From positions 150,001-182,000 of the forward strand of contig CP075337.1 of the NCBI GenBank assembly GCA_025349965.1: 32,000 nt of DNA, written 5' to 3'. Below, in pieces: positions 1 through 8,543 of the stretch. Under the pieces are notes generated by a model. It saw only the letters and a list, made by a program, of their open reading frames with translations, did no database searches and was not told the origin of the DNA. This DNA is from Candidatus Saccharimonadota bacterium (lineage in GTDB: Bacteria > Patescibacteriota > Saccharimonadia > Saccharimonadales > Saccharimonadaceae). The position numbers and the translations under genes were made by a program. Position 1 is the stretch's first letter. Every line of letters starts with the position of its first letter.

Positions 1-311
1 TTAGTGGTATCGGTAACCTCTTTTCGCAGCCGGAATTTCTTCAGGGTGACCACGTGCAGCAAGTAGCGCGCCTGCTTGATAACCTTGAGCCGTGGCTTCG
101 TGAAGCGGCGCCAAACGAGCCACTTAACGTTTATATTGGGTCTGAAAACCCAATCGGAAAGACGAGCGGCGTATCGCTTATCATTAGTCGATTCCGTTCG
201 CCATACAGCGACAATAGCTATATCGGTGTTCTTGGCCCGACACGTCAGAGCTATGACAAAGTGATGCGGCTCGTGCGTCACACTGGAGCAATGTTAGAAG
301 AGGTTTTATAG
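1..311 (+). CDS. hrcA: HrcA heat-inducible transcription repressor, C-terminal fragment (5' end lies outside the window)
   Basis: Frame 3 is open from base 3 (SGIGNLFSQPEFLQGDH...LGPTRQSYDKVMRLVRHTGAMLEEVL, TAG 309-311). It lies directly upstream of grpE. Its cognate CIRCE operators occur three times in the window. Confidence 0.8.
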   Translation, partial: SGIGNLFSQPEFLQGDHVQQVARLLDNLEPWLREAAPNEPLNVYIGSENPIGKTSGVSLIISRFRSPYSDNSYIGVLGPTRQSYDKVMRLVRHTGAMLEEVL

Positions 312-321
312 GGGAGAATAC

Positions 322-816
322 ATGAACGAAGAAGCAAAAAAGACACCAAAATCTACAAAAAAGAACCTGCAAGCCGAGCTTGAACAGCAACTTGCTGAAT
401 TGACGCTTGATTTGCAGCGCACGCGGGCTGATTTTGAAAATTATCGTAAGCGCGTAGAAGTGGAAAAGTCGGCTGCTCGCGAGGCTGGTCAGTCTGGTGC
501 CGTGCTTAAACTCCTTCCGGTTATTGATAATATTGAGCGCGCCATTGCCTATATGCCAGAAGACCTTCGGGAGAATAAATGGGCGCAGGGCGTGGCAAGT
601 CTCGTAAAGAATCTTGATAAGTCACTTGAGGGTTTAAGTGTCCGTCGCATTGACGCAAAACCGGGTACGGTGTTTAACCCAGATTTTCACGAAGCGATCC
701 AGTTTGACGAAGATGCGCAGGGTGACCAAGAGGTGATTGCAGAAGAACTTCAGGCCGGCTATATGCTTGGTGATCGTGTGGTTCGTCATGCCATGGTGAA
801 GGTAACGCGTCAATAA
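322..816 (+). CDS. grpE: GrpE nucleotide exchange factor
   Basis: 164 aa with the GrpE signature RTRADFENYRKR, LLPVIDNIERA and a C-terminal beta domain. A GGGGAG SD lies 7 nt upstream. It follows hrcA. Confidence 0.95.
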   Translation: MNEEAKKTPKSTKKNLQAELEQQLAELTLDLQRTRADFENYRKRVEVEKSAAREAGQSGAVLKLLPVIDNIERAIAYMPEDLRENKWAQGVASLVKNLDKSLEGLSVRRIDAKPGTVFNPDFHEAIQFDEDAQGDQEVIAEELQAGYMLGDRVVRHAMVKVTRQ

Positions 817-831
817 TTCACATCCCTCTTA

Positions 832-840
832 TGCTATACT
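832..840 (+). promoter_or_regulatory. extended -10 promoter element (TGcTATACT) 9 nt upstream of ATG 850
   Basis: TG-n-TATACT match. The same architecture recurs at 1638-1646, 11084-11092 and 25622-25629, each upstream of an ATG without an SD. Confidence 0.5.
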
Positions 841-849
841 AAAATCATC

Positions 850-1550
850 ATGAAATCACACAAGAATTCTGTTCAAAACAACTATAATACTATTATATCA
901 CAAAACACTATAAAAAGCAAACTCTCTCTCTCTCTCTCTCTCGTAAAAGAGTAGCATCGGCTTTTACTATCGTTGAGCTCCTTATTGTCATTGTCGTCAT
1001 AGCCCTCCTCGCCGCCATCACTATCGTTGCGTATAACGGCATTACTACGTCTGCGAATGACGCGGCTCGACTGGCAGACATTAAAAATTTTGAGACTACA
1101 CTTAGAGCCAACAAAGCTGTACATCCTCAGGGTTGGGTTGTAACCCCTCCTTCCGACCCTGGAGGGGAGAACGCATTGTCTCGAACTGAATTCTTGCGGG
1201 TGAACGGCCTGAAGAGTTTTGAGGGCAAGTTATGTATTGGTCAATACGATCGGTCGAATAAAGGTTGTTACCCAGATCTTGTTGAGGGTGTTGTGCCGGA
1301 GTATGACCGGCAGAAGATTTATATATCTGTTAGTGCCGTAGGGATTCATGGAAGTCCGGCTTCGGGGGTAAATCTCAATTTCTTGTCTTGGGATGCAGAT
1401 CAAGGAAGATGGATGGGTAAAAATTTCACTGCAACCACTGAGTCTCTTGATAGTGAGGATGTGTTTGATGGCGGACGATGCACGCCAGGTGTGGAGTGGG
1501 ATCCTAGTTTTGATCAGGAGTGTAGGTACGCGAAGTATGAAGTAACATGA
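850..1550 (+). CDS. type IV pilin-like protein (prepilin N-terminal cleavage/methylation motif), frameshifted at the (CT)10 tract in this sequence; candidate phase-variable gene
   Basis: ATG 850 (frame 1) reads through the CT tract to TAG 952-954. The pilin body AFTIVELLIVIVVIALLAAITIVAYNGITTSAND... is in frame 0 (open 888-1550) and has no ATG/GTG/TTG before TTG 1176. Removing 2 nt or adding 4 nt in the tract restores a single ORF. The C-terminal region contains 4 Cys. Confidence 0.7.
922..942. repeat. dinucleotide simple-sequence repeat (CT)10C
   Basis: An uninterrupted ctctctctctctctctctctc read directly from the sequence. It is the only long SSR noticed in the window. Confidence 0.98.
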
Positions 1551-1655
1551 TTTGTTTGGGATTGAGCGGAGCGAACACAGCTTGTGCATAAAATACATTC
1601 TTCATTGATAATCCACTGGTTTATGTGATTGTCCTTATGCTAAAATAGAAGCATT

Positions 1656-3272
1656 ATGCGTGGGCAACTATATTCATTGATGACGAATCCAGATTTTAAT
1701 GGGGTCGTTGAAACAACACAGGCCGCTCGTGAGGCGGTAAAGAGAGATGCAAGTATTTTTGAGGTCGTTCCAACCGGTGTGATTGCACCGCGCGACGTGA
1801 ATGATATTCAGGCAGCGGTACGCTGGGCGAGCGAAGAGGTGGAGGCGGGGCGTCCTGTCACGCTTGCGGCTCGTGTTGGTGGCACGTGTATGTCTGGCGG
1901 CTCACTCACCGAAGGATACGTTCTTGACCTCAAGCGCTTCTTTAATTTCACTGGTCAGGTTGACCCAGCTGCGCGGACAATTCGTACGCAATCTGGCGCA
2001 ATGCACCTCACCATTGAAAAGGCTGCTAAAAAGGCGGGGCTACTGTTCGCTTCATACACCTCATCTCGTGAGATTTGTGGCATTGGCGGCATGCTTGGTA
2101 ACAACGCCAGTGGCGAGCAATCTATTAAATATGGCCCAACTAGCGCGAACGTTAATAACGTGAAAGTTGTTCTCTCTGATGGTAATGAATATGAATTTGG
2201 TCCATTAAGTCGTGCTGAAGTAGAAGATAAAAAGCGCCAGCCAACCTTTGAGGGCGAAATCTATCGCCGCATGACTGATCTGCTTGATAAGAATTCATTC
2301 ACAATTGACCGCAACCACCCTCGCACTGTAAAGAACGCAGCCGGCTATCAGCTCTGGGATTTGTGGGATGCACACAAGCAAACACTTAATCTTGGCCGTC
2401 TCTTTATTGGTGCGCAAGGGACGCTTGGTGTTATTACTGAAGCCGAACTCAAGCTTGTAAAGCCAGGTTCGCACCGCCGTATGATTGTAACGCCAATCAA
2501 GGATCTTGATAAGCTTGCAGAGGTGGTAAAGACGATGCTTGCAGAAGGCCCAGCTATCTGCGAAACCTTTGACCATTTTACGTATGAACTGGCTGAAAAA
2601 TATTATCCACAAGATGCTGACCGTGCACACGTTGCTCGCGGTAAGCACATGGTTGTCTTTTCAATTTTTGAAGGTGAGACACAAGATCAGGCGGATATTA
2701 TTGCAGGCGCTGCAAAGGAAGCCCTCGAGCATAAGGGGCATGATACATTCTGGATTGATGAAAAAGAAGTGATTGAAAGCTTCCTCCTCATCCGCCGCAA
2801 GAGCTTCGGTATGCTCCTTGAGCATCCAACGCCAAATACACGCGCCGAAGCCTTTCTTGAAGATACTATTGTTCCACTTGAACACTACGGCGACTTCCTT
2901 CGTGAACTTGAGGCAATCTTGGAAGAGTACAAACTTATTTACACGTACGCCGGCCACATTGGACACGGCAGTATCCGTCTCATTCCACTTGTTGACATGG
3001 AGGCGCCTGGTGCCGCGGAAACGGTCATGGAGCTTGAGTCAAAGGTGAATGACTTGGTGATTCGCTACGGTGGCTCTATCAGCGTTGACCATAACGACGG
3101 TATTATCCGTACTCCATTCCTTGAAAAACAGTTTGGAACTGAAATGACAAAGCTTTTTGAAGAAGTAAAGAATATCTTTGACCCATTGAACATCTTCAAT
3201 GCAGGCAAAAAAGTTGGCGGCACATATGAGTATGCCGTTGAACATATCATTCGCGAGAACGTGAACAGCTAA
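1656..3272 (+). CDS. FAD-binding (PCMH-type) oxidoreductase, GlcD/D-lactate dehydrogenase-like family
   Basis: 538 aa. The N-terminal FAD-binding pattern is VIAPRDVNDIQAAVRWA...LAARVGGTCMSGGSL, and the C-terminal FAD-linked oxidase part is DHNDGIIRTPFL...IFDPLNIFNAGK. An extended -10 TGcTAAAAT lies at 1638-1646. Confidence 0.85.
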   Translation: MRGQLYSLMTNPDFNGVVETTQAAREAVKRDASIFEVVPTGVIAPRDVNDIQAAVRWASEEVEAGRPVTLAARVGGTCMSGGSLTEGYVLDLKRFFNFTGQVDPAARTIRTQSGAMHLTIEKAAKKAGLLFASYTSSREICGIGGMLGNNASGEQSIKYGPTSANVNNVKVVLSDGNEYEFGPLSRAEVEDKKRQPTFEGEIYRRMTDLLDKNSFTIDRNHPRTVKNAAGYQLWDLWDAHKQTLNLGRLFIGAQGTLGVITEAELKLVKPGSHRRMIVTPIKDLDKLAEVVKTMLAEGPAICETFDHFTYELAEKYYPQDADRAHVARGKHMVVFSIFEGETQDQADIIAGAAKEALEHKGHDTFWIDEKEVIESFLLIRRKSFGMLLEHPTPNTRAEAFLEDTIVPLEHYGDFLRELEAILEEYKLIYTYAGHIGHGSIRLIPLVDMEAPGAAETVMELESKVNDLVIRYGGSISVDHNDGIIRTPFLEKQFGTEMTKLFEEVKNIFDPLNIFNAGKKVGGTYEYAVEHIIRENVNS

Positions 3273-4090
3273 TGAATGCTCGTCAGCAGGCAGTAAAGCG
3301 GCTGATCGAGAGTGACTTTCAGGGCGATGTACAGGCTGCGGTTGACGAGGTAAAGAAATACTTACTTGAATCATACGGCAAGCAAGAGGCGCCACTGGTG
3401 CGTCCAGCTACGCCCACTGGTCCGATTCTTTTATCTGTGAAAAACCTCTCTAAAACATACAAGCGCGGGCGTCAAAAGATTCCCGTGCTTCATGATATTT
3501 CTCTTGATATCCACGAGGGTGAGTTTGTAGCTATCACAGGTGCAAGCGGCAGTGGAAAGAGCACGCTACTTCAGCTTTTGGGTGGGCTTGATAAGCCGAC
3601 CTCTGGTGAAGTGCTCTATGATGGCATTAACCTAGCGAAGCTTTCTGATGGGAAGCTTTCGGCTTTTCGTCGGCAAACAGTAGGATTTGTCTTTCAATTT
3701 TTCTATTTGCAGCCCTTTTTACGACTTGGAGTAAATTTGGAGGTGCCCGGGATGTTTGCTCGTACTAAACGGAAGGCTCGTCATGAGGCCTCCGAACGAT
3801 TAGCAGGGCAGGTGGGGCTTGATGACCGTTTGAGTCATTTTCCACGAGAACTCTCGGGTGGGCAAATGCAGCGTGCTGCTATTGCCCGTGCACTCTTCAA
3901 CCAGCCAAAAATTCTTCTTGCTGATGAGCCAACTGGAAATCTTGATAGTGAAAACGGAAAAGCAATTATTGAACTTTTTGAGCTCATTCGCCAAGAACTA
4001 GGCACTACTGTGGTAATTGTCACCCATGATAAAGACATCGCTCGTCGGGCGGATAGAATTATTCAAGTGAAAGATGGGGCGCTGGTATGA
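3272..4090 (+). CDS. ABC transporter ATP-binding protein (MacB/LolD/FtsE-like) with ~50-aa N-terminal extension
   Basis: Walker A GASGSGKST, signature LSGGQMQR, Walker B ILLADEPTGNLD and H-loop VTHD. The start overlaps the upstream stop (TAATG). Confidence 0.92.
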   Translation: MNARQQAVKRLIESDFQGDVQAAVDEVKKYLLESYGKQEAPLVRPATPTGPILLSVKNLSKTYKRGRQKIPVLHDISLDIHEGEFVAITGASGSGKSTLLQLLGGLDKPTSGEVLYDGINLAKLSDGKLSAFRRQTVGFVFQFFYLQPFLRLGVNLEVPGMFARTKRKARHEASERLAGQVGLDDRLSHFPRELSGGQMQRAAIARALFNQPKILLADEPTGNLDSENGKAIIELFELIRQELGTTVVIVTHDKDIARRADRIIQVKDGALV

Positions 4091-6021
4091 TTCGGTTCTT
4101 TGATGCCATTATTCTTGCGCACACCAAGCTTCGAACGCATAAAATTCGCACCGGTATTACTATTGGGGTCGCTGGGATTCTTTTTGGACTTATCTTGGGT
4201 GCGATATTTGTTGTGCAGGGTGTATTTGATAGTCTTGAGCGTTTTGGCGAAGAAGGGCTGGGTGACCGTGCAATTGTTACACTCACGAAAATGAGTAAAA
4301 CGTACCCCGTATACGAGCACCTTGAAGACCAGCAGTTTATTGCCGAAGTAGAGGCGCTTCATAAGGCGTTTGTTAATAATAAAGCGACGATTGCTAAGAA
4401 GCACAATGTTCCTTATGACTCCGAATCAGAAGATCCGTCACCAATACAAGTAGACAAGAAGTCGAAGAAAAAATCTATCGATGGTCAAGACATGATGAAT
4501 ACATTTGTCATGCAGGCTGCGCAGGCGCGGCAGAATAAAGTAGCAAAACCGTTCGATGTTCACGAATATCTTGCGCCATATAAAACGGCTAAAATTCTCC
4601 CTAACAACGCAAAGCTCAGCGGGCTTGATGGTGCAAGCTTCCTCTACATGAAGGATGGCAAGGAATTTAGTACCGATGACCAGCGTAAAATCCAAATGCT
4701 TCAGATGGGCGGGGAAGATAACCCGACACTCATGATTATCAATCAGTCTATTGCTGATGCCTTTATGGGTAAGCAGTCTCGGTTCGACCCAAATAAAGGC
4801 GAGCTTCCAGTGATTGTGCCCTTTAAAGATGCAGAGAAACTTTTAAAACTCAAACCACTCAAGGGCGAAGCAAGTACACAGCAGAAGTATGATCGCCTCA
4901 AGGATGTTCGCTCCCGAATGTCAGAAATGACCGCTTCATTTTGTTATCGCAATGAGACGTCGCAACAGTTATTGGCACAGGCAAAGTCACAGCATGATGA
5001 AGCGAAGCGCAAAGTGGACGATCCAGATTACAGAGCGCCATCGCTTCAATATACACTTCCCGCTGATAATTCTTGTGGCCCTGTAGCTACAAGTAAAGAC
5101 ACGCGCACCTCTTTAGAGAAGCGTTTCATGGAGAATAGACTTGCCTATGAAAAAGAGCTCCAGGTCTACACTGGTGAACCTGAGCAATATAAAGTGAATC
5201 TGCGTGTTGTTGGTGTTTCGGGTGATACTCCTGAGGGAATGGCGTCGTTTGACGCAGCAGGTATGGTACAGAGCCTGCTTGGCTCATGGCTTGGCTACGG
5301 ACAGCAGTGGGCAATTCCAAGCGAAATGCTCCGGCAAATGCCAGAGAGTTCGCTACCGTCTTTTGTGCAGGCTGCTATGAAGAGTGACAGCGTGAAGACT
5401 AAAAATAGTATTTTAGATAACGAAGACTATCTTGTAGAATTCGGTGATGTGGCTGAAGCGCGCGCCCTATTAAAAAGAGACGGCCTTTTGAATGTAGACG
5501 CGGCTATAGGCAATAGCACTTTCGCACTGCCGTTTGGGAGCGGCATGCTCGTAGTTGAAGACCTTAAGGAATACTTTGCAACGGGAGTGTTCTGGGCACT
5601 CTTGATTGTTGGTGGTGTAGCAATTATTATTCTGGGTAGTATTATTGGGCGAGCTGTTTCCGAAGGGCGCAGGGAAAGTGCTATCTTTAGGGCAATTGGC
5701 GCCCGTCGGGCGGATATCGGTGCTATTTATGGAGTGTACGCGTTCCTCTTGTCTCTGCGCGTGGCAATTTTTGCAGTGTTGCTGGGAGTTATTTTGGCGC
5801 TTGGGGTAGAGGTGTGGTTGTCCGAGTCTGCAACGCTTGGCGCGCGGTATTCATACGCAGCAACGGATGCGAACACCGGATTCCATTTCTTTAGCCCGTT
5901 CTCTATTTATGTGCCGATTGTTCTGGCTGCAATTCTTGTATTTGGTATGATTGCTTCTATTGTGCCGGTCATTTTGAGTGCGCGACGCAATCCGATTAAG
6001 GATATGCGCGACGATACGTAA
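4087..6021 (+). CDS. ABC transporter permease, FtsX/MacB-type (4 TM) with a very large (~460 aa) extracytoplasmic domain
   Basis: ATGA overlap with the ATPase gene. There is an N-terminal TM (GITIGVAGILFGLILGAIFVV), a long hydrophilic domain, and a C-terminal FtsX-like 3-TM block (FWALLIVGGVAIIILG...RESAIFRAIGARRADI...IVPVILSARRNPIKDM). Confidence 0.8.
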   Translation: MIRFFDAIILAHTKLRTHKIRTGITIGVAGILFGLILGAIFVVQGVFDSLERFGEEGLGDRAIVTLTKMSKTYPVYEHLEDQQFIAEVEALHKAFVNNKATIAKKHNVPYDSESEDPSPIQVDKKSKKKSIDGQDMMNTFVMQAAQARQNKVAKPFDVHEYLAPYKTAKILPNNAKLSGLDGASFLYMKDGKEFSTDDQRKIQMLQMGGEDNPTLMIINQSIADAFMGKQSRFDPNKGELPVIVPFKDAEKLLKLKPLKGEASTQQKYDRLKDVRSRMSEMTASFCYRNETSQQLLAQAKSQHDEAKRKVDDPDYRAPSLQYTLPADNSCGPVATSKDTRTSLEKRFMENRLAYEKELQVYTGEPEQYKVNLRVVGVSGDTPEGMASFDAAGMVQSLLGSWLGYGQQWAIPSEMLRQMPESSLPSFVQAAMKSDSVKTKNSILDNEDYLVEFGDVAEARALLKRDGLLNVDAAIGNSTFALPFGSGMLVVEDLKEYFATGVFWALLIVGGVAIIILGSIIGRAVSEGRRESAIFRAIGARRADIGAIYGVYAFLLSLRVAIFAVLLGVILALGVEVWLSESATLGARYSYAATDANTGFHFFSPFSIYVPIVLAAILVFGMIASIVPVILSARRNPIKDMRDDT

Positions 6022-6042
6022 GATGCGTTGAGAAATCATGTG

Positions 6043-6069
6043 TTAGCACTCTTGACACGAGAGTGCTAA
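6043..6069 (+). promoter_or_regulatory. CIRCE operator (HrcA binding site), perfect consensus
   Basis: TTAGCACTC-N9-GAGTGCTAA read exactly (ttagcactc ttgacacga gagtgctaa), 100 nt upstream of dnaK. Confidence 0.95.
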
Positions 6070-6081
6070 TTTTATTACAAT
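6052..6081 (+). promoter_or_regulatory. sigma70-type promoter of dnaK (-35 TTGACA inside the CIRCE spacer, -10 TACAAT)
   Basis: TTGACA at 6052-6057, an 18-nt spacer, and TACAAT at 6076-6081. Confidence 0.6.
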
Positions 6082-6088
6082 AAAGATA

Positions 6089-6115
6089 TTGGCAGTCTAC
6101 ACAGAAGAGTGCTAA
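6089..6115 (+). promoter_or_regulatory. second, imperfect CIRCE operator in tandem
   Basis: ttGgcaGtc-N9-gagtgctaa has two mismatches in the left arm and a perfect right arm with the correct 9-nt spacer. It covers the predicted transcription start. Confidence 0.7.
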
Positions 6116-6168
6116 AATAGAATTAGTATATAAGTTTTCCATTTCTATCTAACTAAAGGAGGAAATAT

Positions 6169-8055
6169 ATGGGTAAAATTATCGGAATCGACCTTGGTAC
6201 AACCAATAGCGCCGTAGCATACATGGTTGCTGGTAAGCCGGAGGTGATTGCAAATGCAGAAGGTAACCGCACTACTCCAAGTGTTGTGGCGGTGAATAAG
6301 TCAGGCGAGCGTCTCGTTGGCCAGGTTGCACAGCGTCAGCGTGTTACAAATGCAAAGAACACTATTTATGGTGTAAAGCGTCTTATTGGACGTAAGTTTA
6401 GCGATGACGAGGTTCAGAAAGACCATGACATCATGCCATACGAAATTGTTAAAAAGGGCGAAGGTGTTGCTGTAAAGCTTGGTGATAAGGACTACAGTCC
6501 TGAAGAAGTATCGGCAATGATTCTTTCAAAGCTTAAGGCTGATGCGGAAGCATTCCTTGGTGAAAAGGTCACCGAAGCGGTTATTACCGTTCCTGCGTAC
6601 TTCGATGACTCACAAAGGCAGGCTACAAAAGACGCTGGTAAGATTGCTGGCCTTGAAGTAAAGCGTATTATCAACGAGCCAACTGCGGCTGCGCTTGCCT
6701 ACGGCCTTGAAAGCAAAAAAGATGAAAAGATTGCAGTGTTCGACCTTGGTGGTGGTACATTCGACGTCTCTATTCTTGAGCTGGGTGACGGTGTCTTTGA
6801 AGTAAAGTCTACTCACGGTGATACACACCTTGGTGGTGAAGACTTTGACAACCGAATTGTTAACTTCTTCCTTGATGAATTTAAGAAAGAAAGTGGCATC
6901 GACCTTAAGGGTGATAACGCAGCAATGCAGCGCCTTAAGGACGAAGCCGAGAAGGCAAAGAAGGAGCTTTCTTCTACAACTGAATATGAAGTAAACCTTC
7001 CGTTTATTACTGCTGACGCAGAAGGCCCAAAGCACTTCGAGGTAAAACTTACTCGTGCGAAGCTTGAAGAACTTGTTGGTGATCTCATCGACCGCCTTGC
7101 AACTCCAGTTGAAAAGGCGCTCAAGGACGCAGGCCTTAAGGCGAATGAAATCGACGAGGTAGTACTCGTTGGTGGTATGACCCGCATGCCGGCAGTTGTT
7201 GAGAAGGTGAAGTCTATCTTCGGTAAAGATCCACTCAAGGGCGTAAACCCTGACGAAGTTGTAGCCATTGGTGCTGCGGTTCAAGGCGGTGTCCTTGCTG
7301 GTGACGTGAAGGACGTTCTCCTTCTTGATGTAACACCACTCACACTTGGTATTGAAACTGCTGGTGGCGTGCGCACCCCTATGATTGACCGTAACTCAAC
7401 CGTACCTACAAGCAAGAGCCAGGTATTCTCTACCTATGCCGACAATCAGCCGCAAGTAGAAATTCACGTCCTTCAAGGTGAGCGTGACATGGCCAACGAC
7501 AACAAGAGTCTTGGTACATTCGTACTTGATGGCATCGCGCCAGCACCTCGTGGTGTTCCACAAATTGAAGTGACCTTCAATCTTGATGCAAACGGTATCC
7601 TTAATGTGTCTGCAAAAGACAAGGGCACTGGCAAAGAGCAGTCAATTACCATTCAGGATAGTGGCAACCTTTCAAAGGAAGATATTGAAAAGGCGCAGCG
7701 CGAAGCCGAAGAGCATGCCGAAGAAGACAAGAAGAAGCGTGAAGCGGTTGATGCACGCAACCAACTTGAAAATGCTATCTACCAAGCCGAAAAGATGCCG
7801 GATGAATTCAAGGATAAGATTTCCGACGAAGACAAGAAGGCAATTACTGACGCTGTAGAAGAAGCCAAGAAGCACAAGGATGCAGCCGATAAGGATGAGC
7901 TTGAAGCTGCCGTAAAGGCGCTCAACGATGCAATCATGCCAATCGGTGCGAAGTTGTACGAAGAGGCTGCGAAGGATGCGCCTGCGGATGACGCGGACGC
8001 TGACAAGAAGTCTGACGAACCTGTTGAAGGTGAAGTTGTAGACGAGAAGAAGTAG
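6169..8055 (+). CDS. dnaK: molecular chaperone DnaK (Hsp70)
   Basis: 628 aa with [18 protein letters not shown] and [10 protein letters not shown] motifs. A strong AAGGAGG SD is present. Confidence 0.99.
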   Translation: MGKIIGIDLGTTNSAVAYMVAGKPEVIANAEGNRTTPSVVAVNKSGERLVGQVAQRQRVTNAKNTIYGVKRLIGRKFSDDEVQKDHDIMPYEIVKKGEGVAVKLGDKDYSPEEVSAMILSKLKADAEAFLGEKVTEAVITVPAYFDDSQRQATKDAGKIAGLEVKRIINEPTAAALAYGLESKKDEKIAVFDLGGGTFDVSILELGDGVFEVKSTHGDTHLGGEDFDNRIVNFFLDEFKKESGIDLKGDNAAMQRLKDEAEKAKKELSSTTEYEVNLPFITADAEGPKHFEVKLTRAKLEELVGDLIDRLATPVEKALKDAGLKANEIDEVVLVGGMTRMPAVVEKVKSIFGKDPLKGVNPDEVVAIGAAVQGGVLAGDVKDVLLLDVTPLTLGIETAGGVRTPMIDRNSTVPTSKSQVFSTYADNQPQVEIHVLQGERDMANDNKSLGTFVLDGIAPAPRGVPQIEVTFNLDANGILNVSAKDKGTGKEQSITIQDSGNLSKEDIEKAQREAEEHAEEDKKKREAVDARNQLENAIYQAEKMPDEFKDKISDEDKKAITDAVEEAKKHKDAADKDELEAAVKALNDAIMPIGAKLYEEAAKDAPADDADADKKSDEPVEGEVVDEKK

Positions 8056-8073
8056 AGTCGTTTGACGTGGAGG

Positions 8074-8109
8074 AATAGCCGGCAGAGATGTCGGCTATTT
8101 TGTTGTTTT
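8074..8109 (+). terminator. rho-independent terminator after dnaK
   Basis: Stem aatagccggc/gtcggctatt (8074-8083 pairs with 8090-8099) followed by a T-rich run. Confidence 0.75.
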
Positions 8110-8172
8110 CAGCATTCTCTCAGCTACTAAGCGTATTCTAAGAGTACACATAAAAACCAAAGGAGGTGTAAC

Positions 8173-8445
8173 ATGTGGAGCATTATTGTATGGATAGTCG
8201 TGGGAGGACTCGCTGGTTGGGTTGCCTCAATGATTATGAAGACGGATGAAAATCAAGGTCTTGTCGGCAATATTGTTGTCGGTATCCTTGGTGGACTTGT
8301 AGGTGGATTCTTAGTCGGCATGCTTGGTGGCGAAGGATTTACCGGATTTAATATTTGGAGCTTCCTTGTAGCGCTCCTTGGTTCAATCGTACTACTGTTC
8401 CTCTGGAGGCTAGTTACGGGTGGACGCGGCGCTGCTCGTCAATAA
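8173..8445 (+). CDS. GlsB/YeaQ/YmgE family (transglycosylase-associated) small membrane stress protein
   Basis: 90 aa, Gly-rich with 3 TM segments (IVVGGLAGWVASMIM, GNIVVGILGGLVGGFLVG, typical of the family). An AAGGAGG SD is present. Confidence 0.85.
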   Translation: MWSIIVWIVVGGLAGWVASMIMKTDENQGLVGNIVVGILGGLVGGFLVGMLGGEGFTGFNIWSFLVALLGSIVLLFLWRLVTGGRGAARQ

Positions 8446-8461
8446 ACTAACTTATAAAAAC

Positions 8462-8494
8462 AAAAAATGCCCTTCCAGCGGGGCATTTTTTGTT
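8462..8494 (+). terminator. rho-independent terminator
   Basis: Stem aaaaatgccc (8463-8472) pairs with gggcattttt (8481-8490) around an 8-nt loop, followed by a T-run. Confidence 0.8.
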
Positions 8495-8521
8495 TTAGCA
8501 CTCTAGACATATGAGTGCTAA
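8495..8521 (+). promoter_or_regulatory. CIRCE operator, perfect consensus, upstream of dnaJ
   Basis: ttagcactc tagacatat gagtgctaa. It is followed by -10 TATACT at 8527-8532 and then ATG 8544. Confidence 0.95.
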
Positions 8522-8543
8522 ATCGCTATACTAGATAACAGAT

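Noticed and set aside
882-1124. Two minus-strand ORFs (80 and 68 aa) containing RERERE.
   Set aside because: They lie antisense to the pilin N-terminus. The RERERE is just the reverse complement of the (CT)10 tract. The plus strand encodes an unmistakable prepilin motif.
3272-3430. Possibility that the ABC ATPase really starts at an internal GTG (~3398) rather than ATG 3272.
   Set aside because: This is not resolvable from sequence alone. ATG 3272 gives a typical TAATG coupling overlap with the upstream gene, so it was kept. The N-terminal 50 aa remain unsupported by homology.
6610-7284. A 224-aa ORF (and a 151-aa one) on the minus strand inside dnaK.
   Set aside because: They are antisense to an unambiguous, full-length DnaK reading frame. 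Their composition is low-complexity and skewed. No promoter or SD is present and no family was recognised. These are typical shadow ORFs. The same reasoning applies to 10439-10816 (in rimK), 20483-21039 (in the AAA+ gene), 29389-29904 (in glyA), and 3039-3395, 4063-4404 and 27060-27404.
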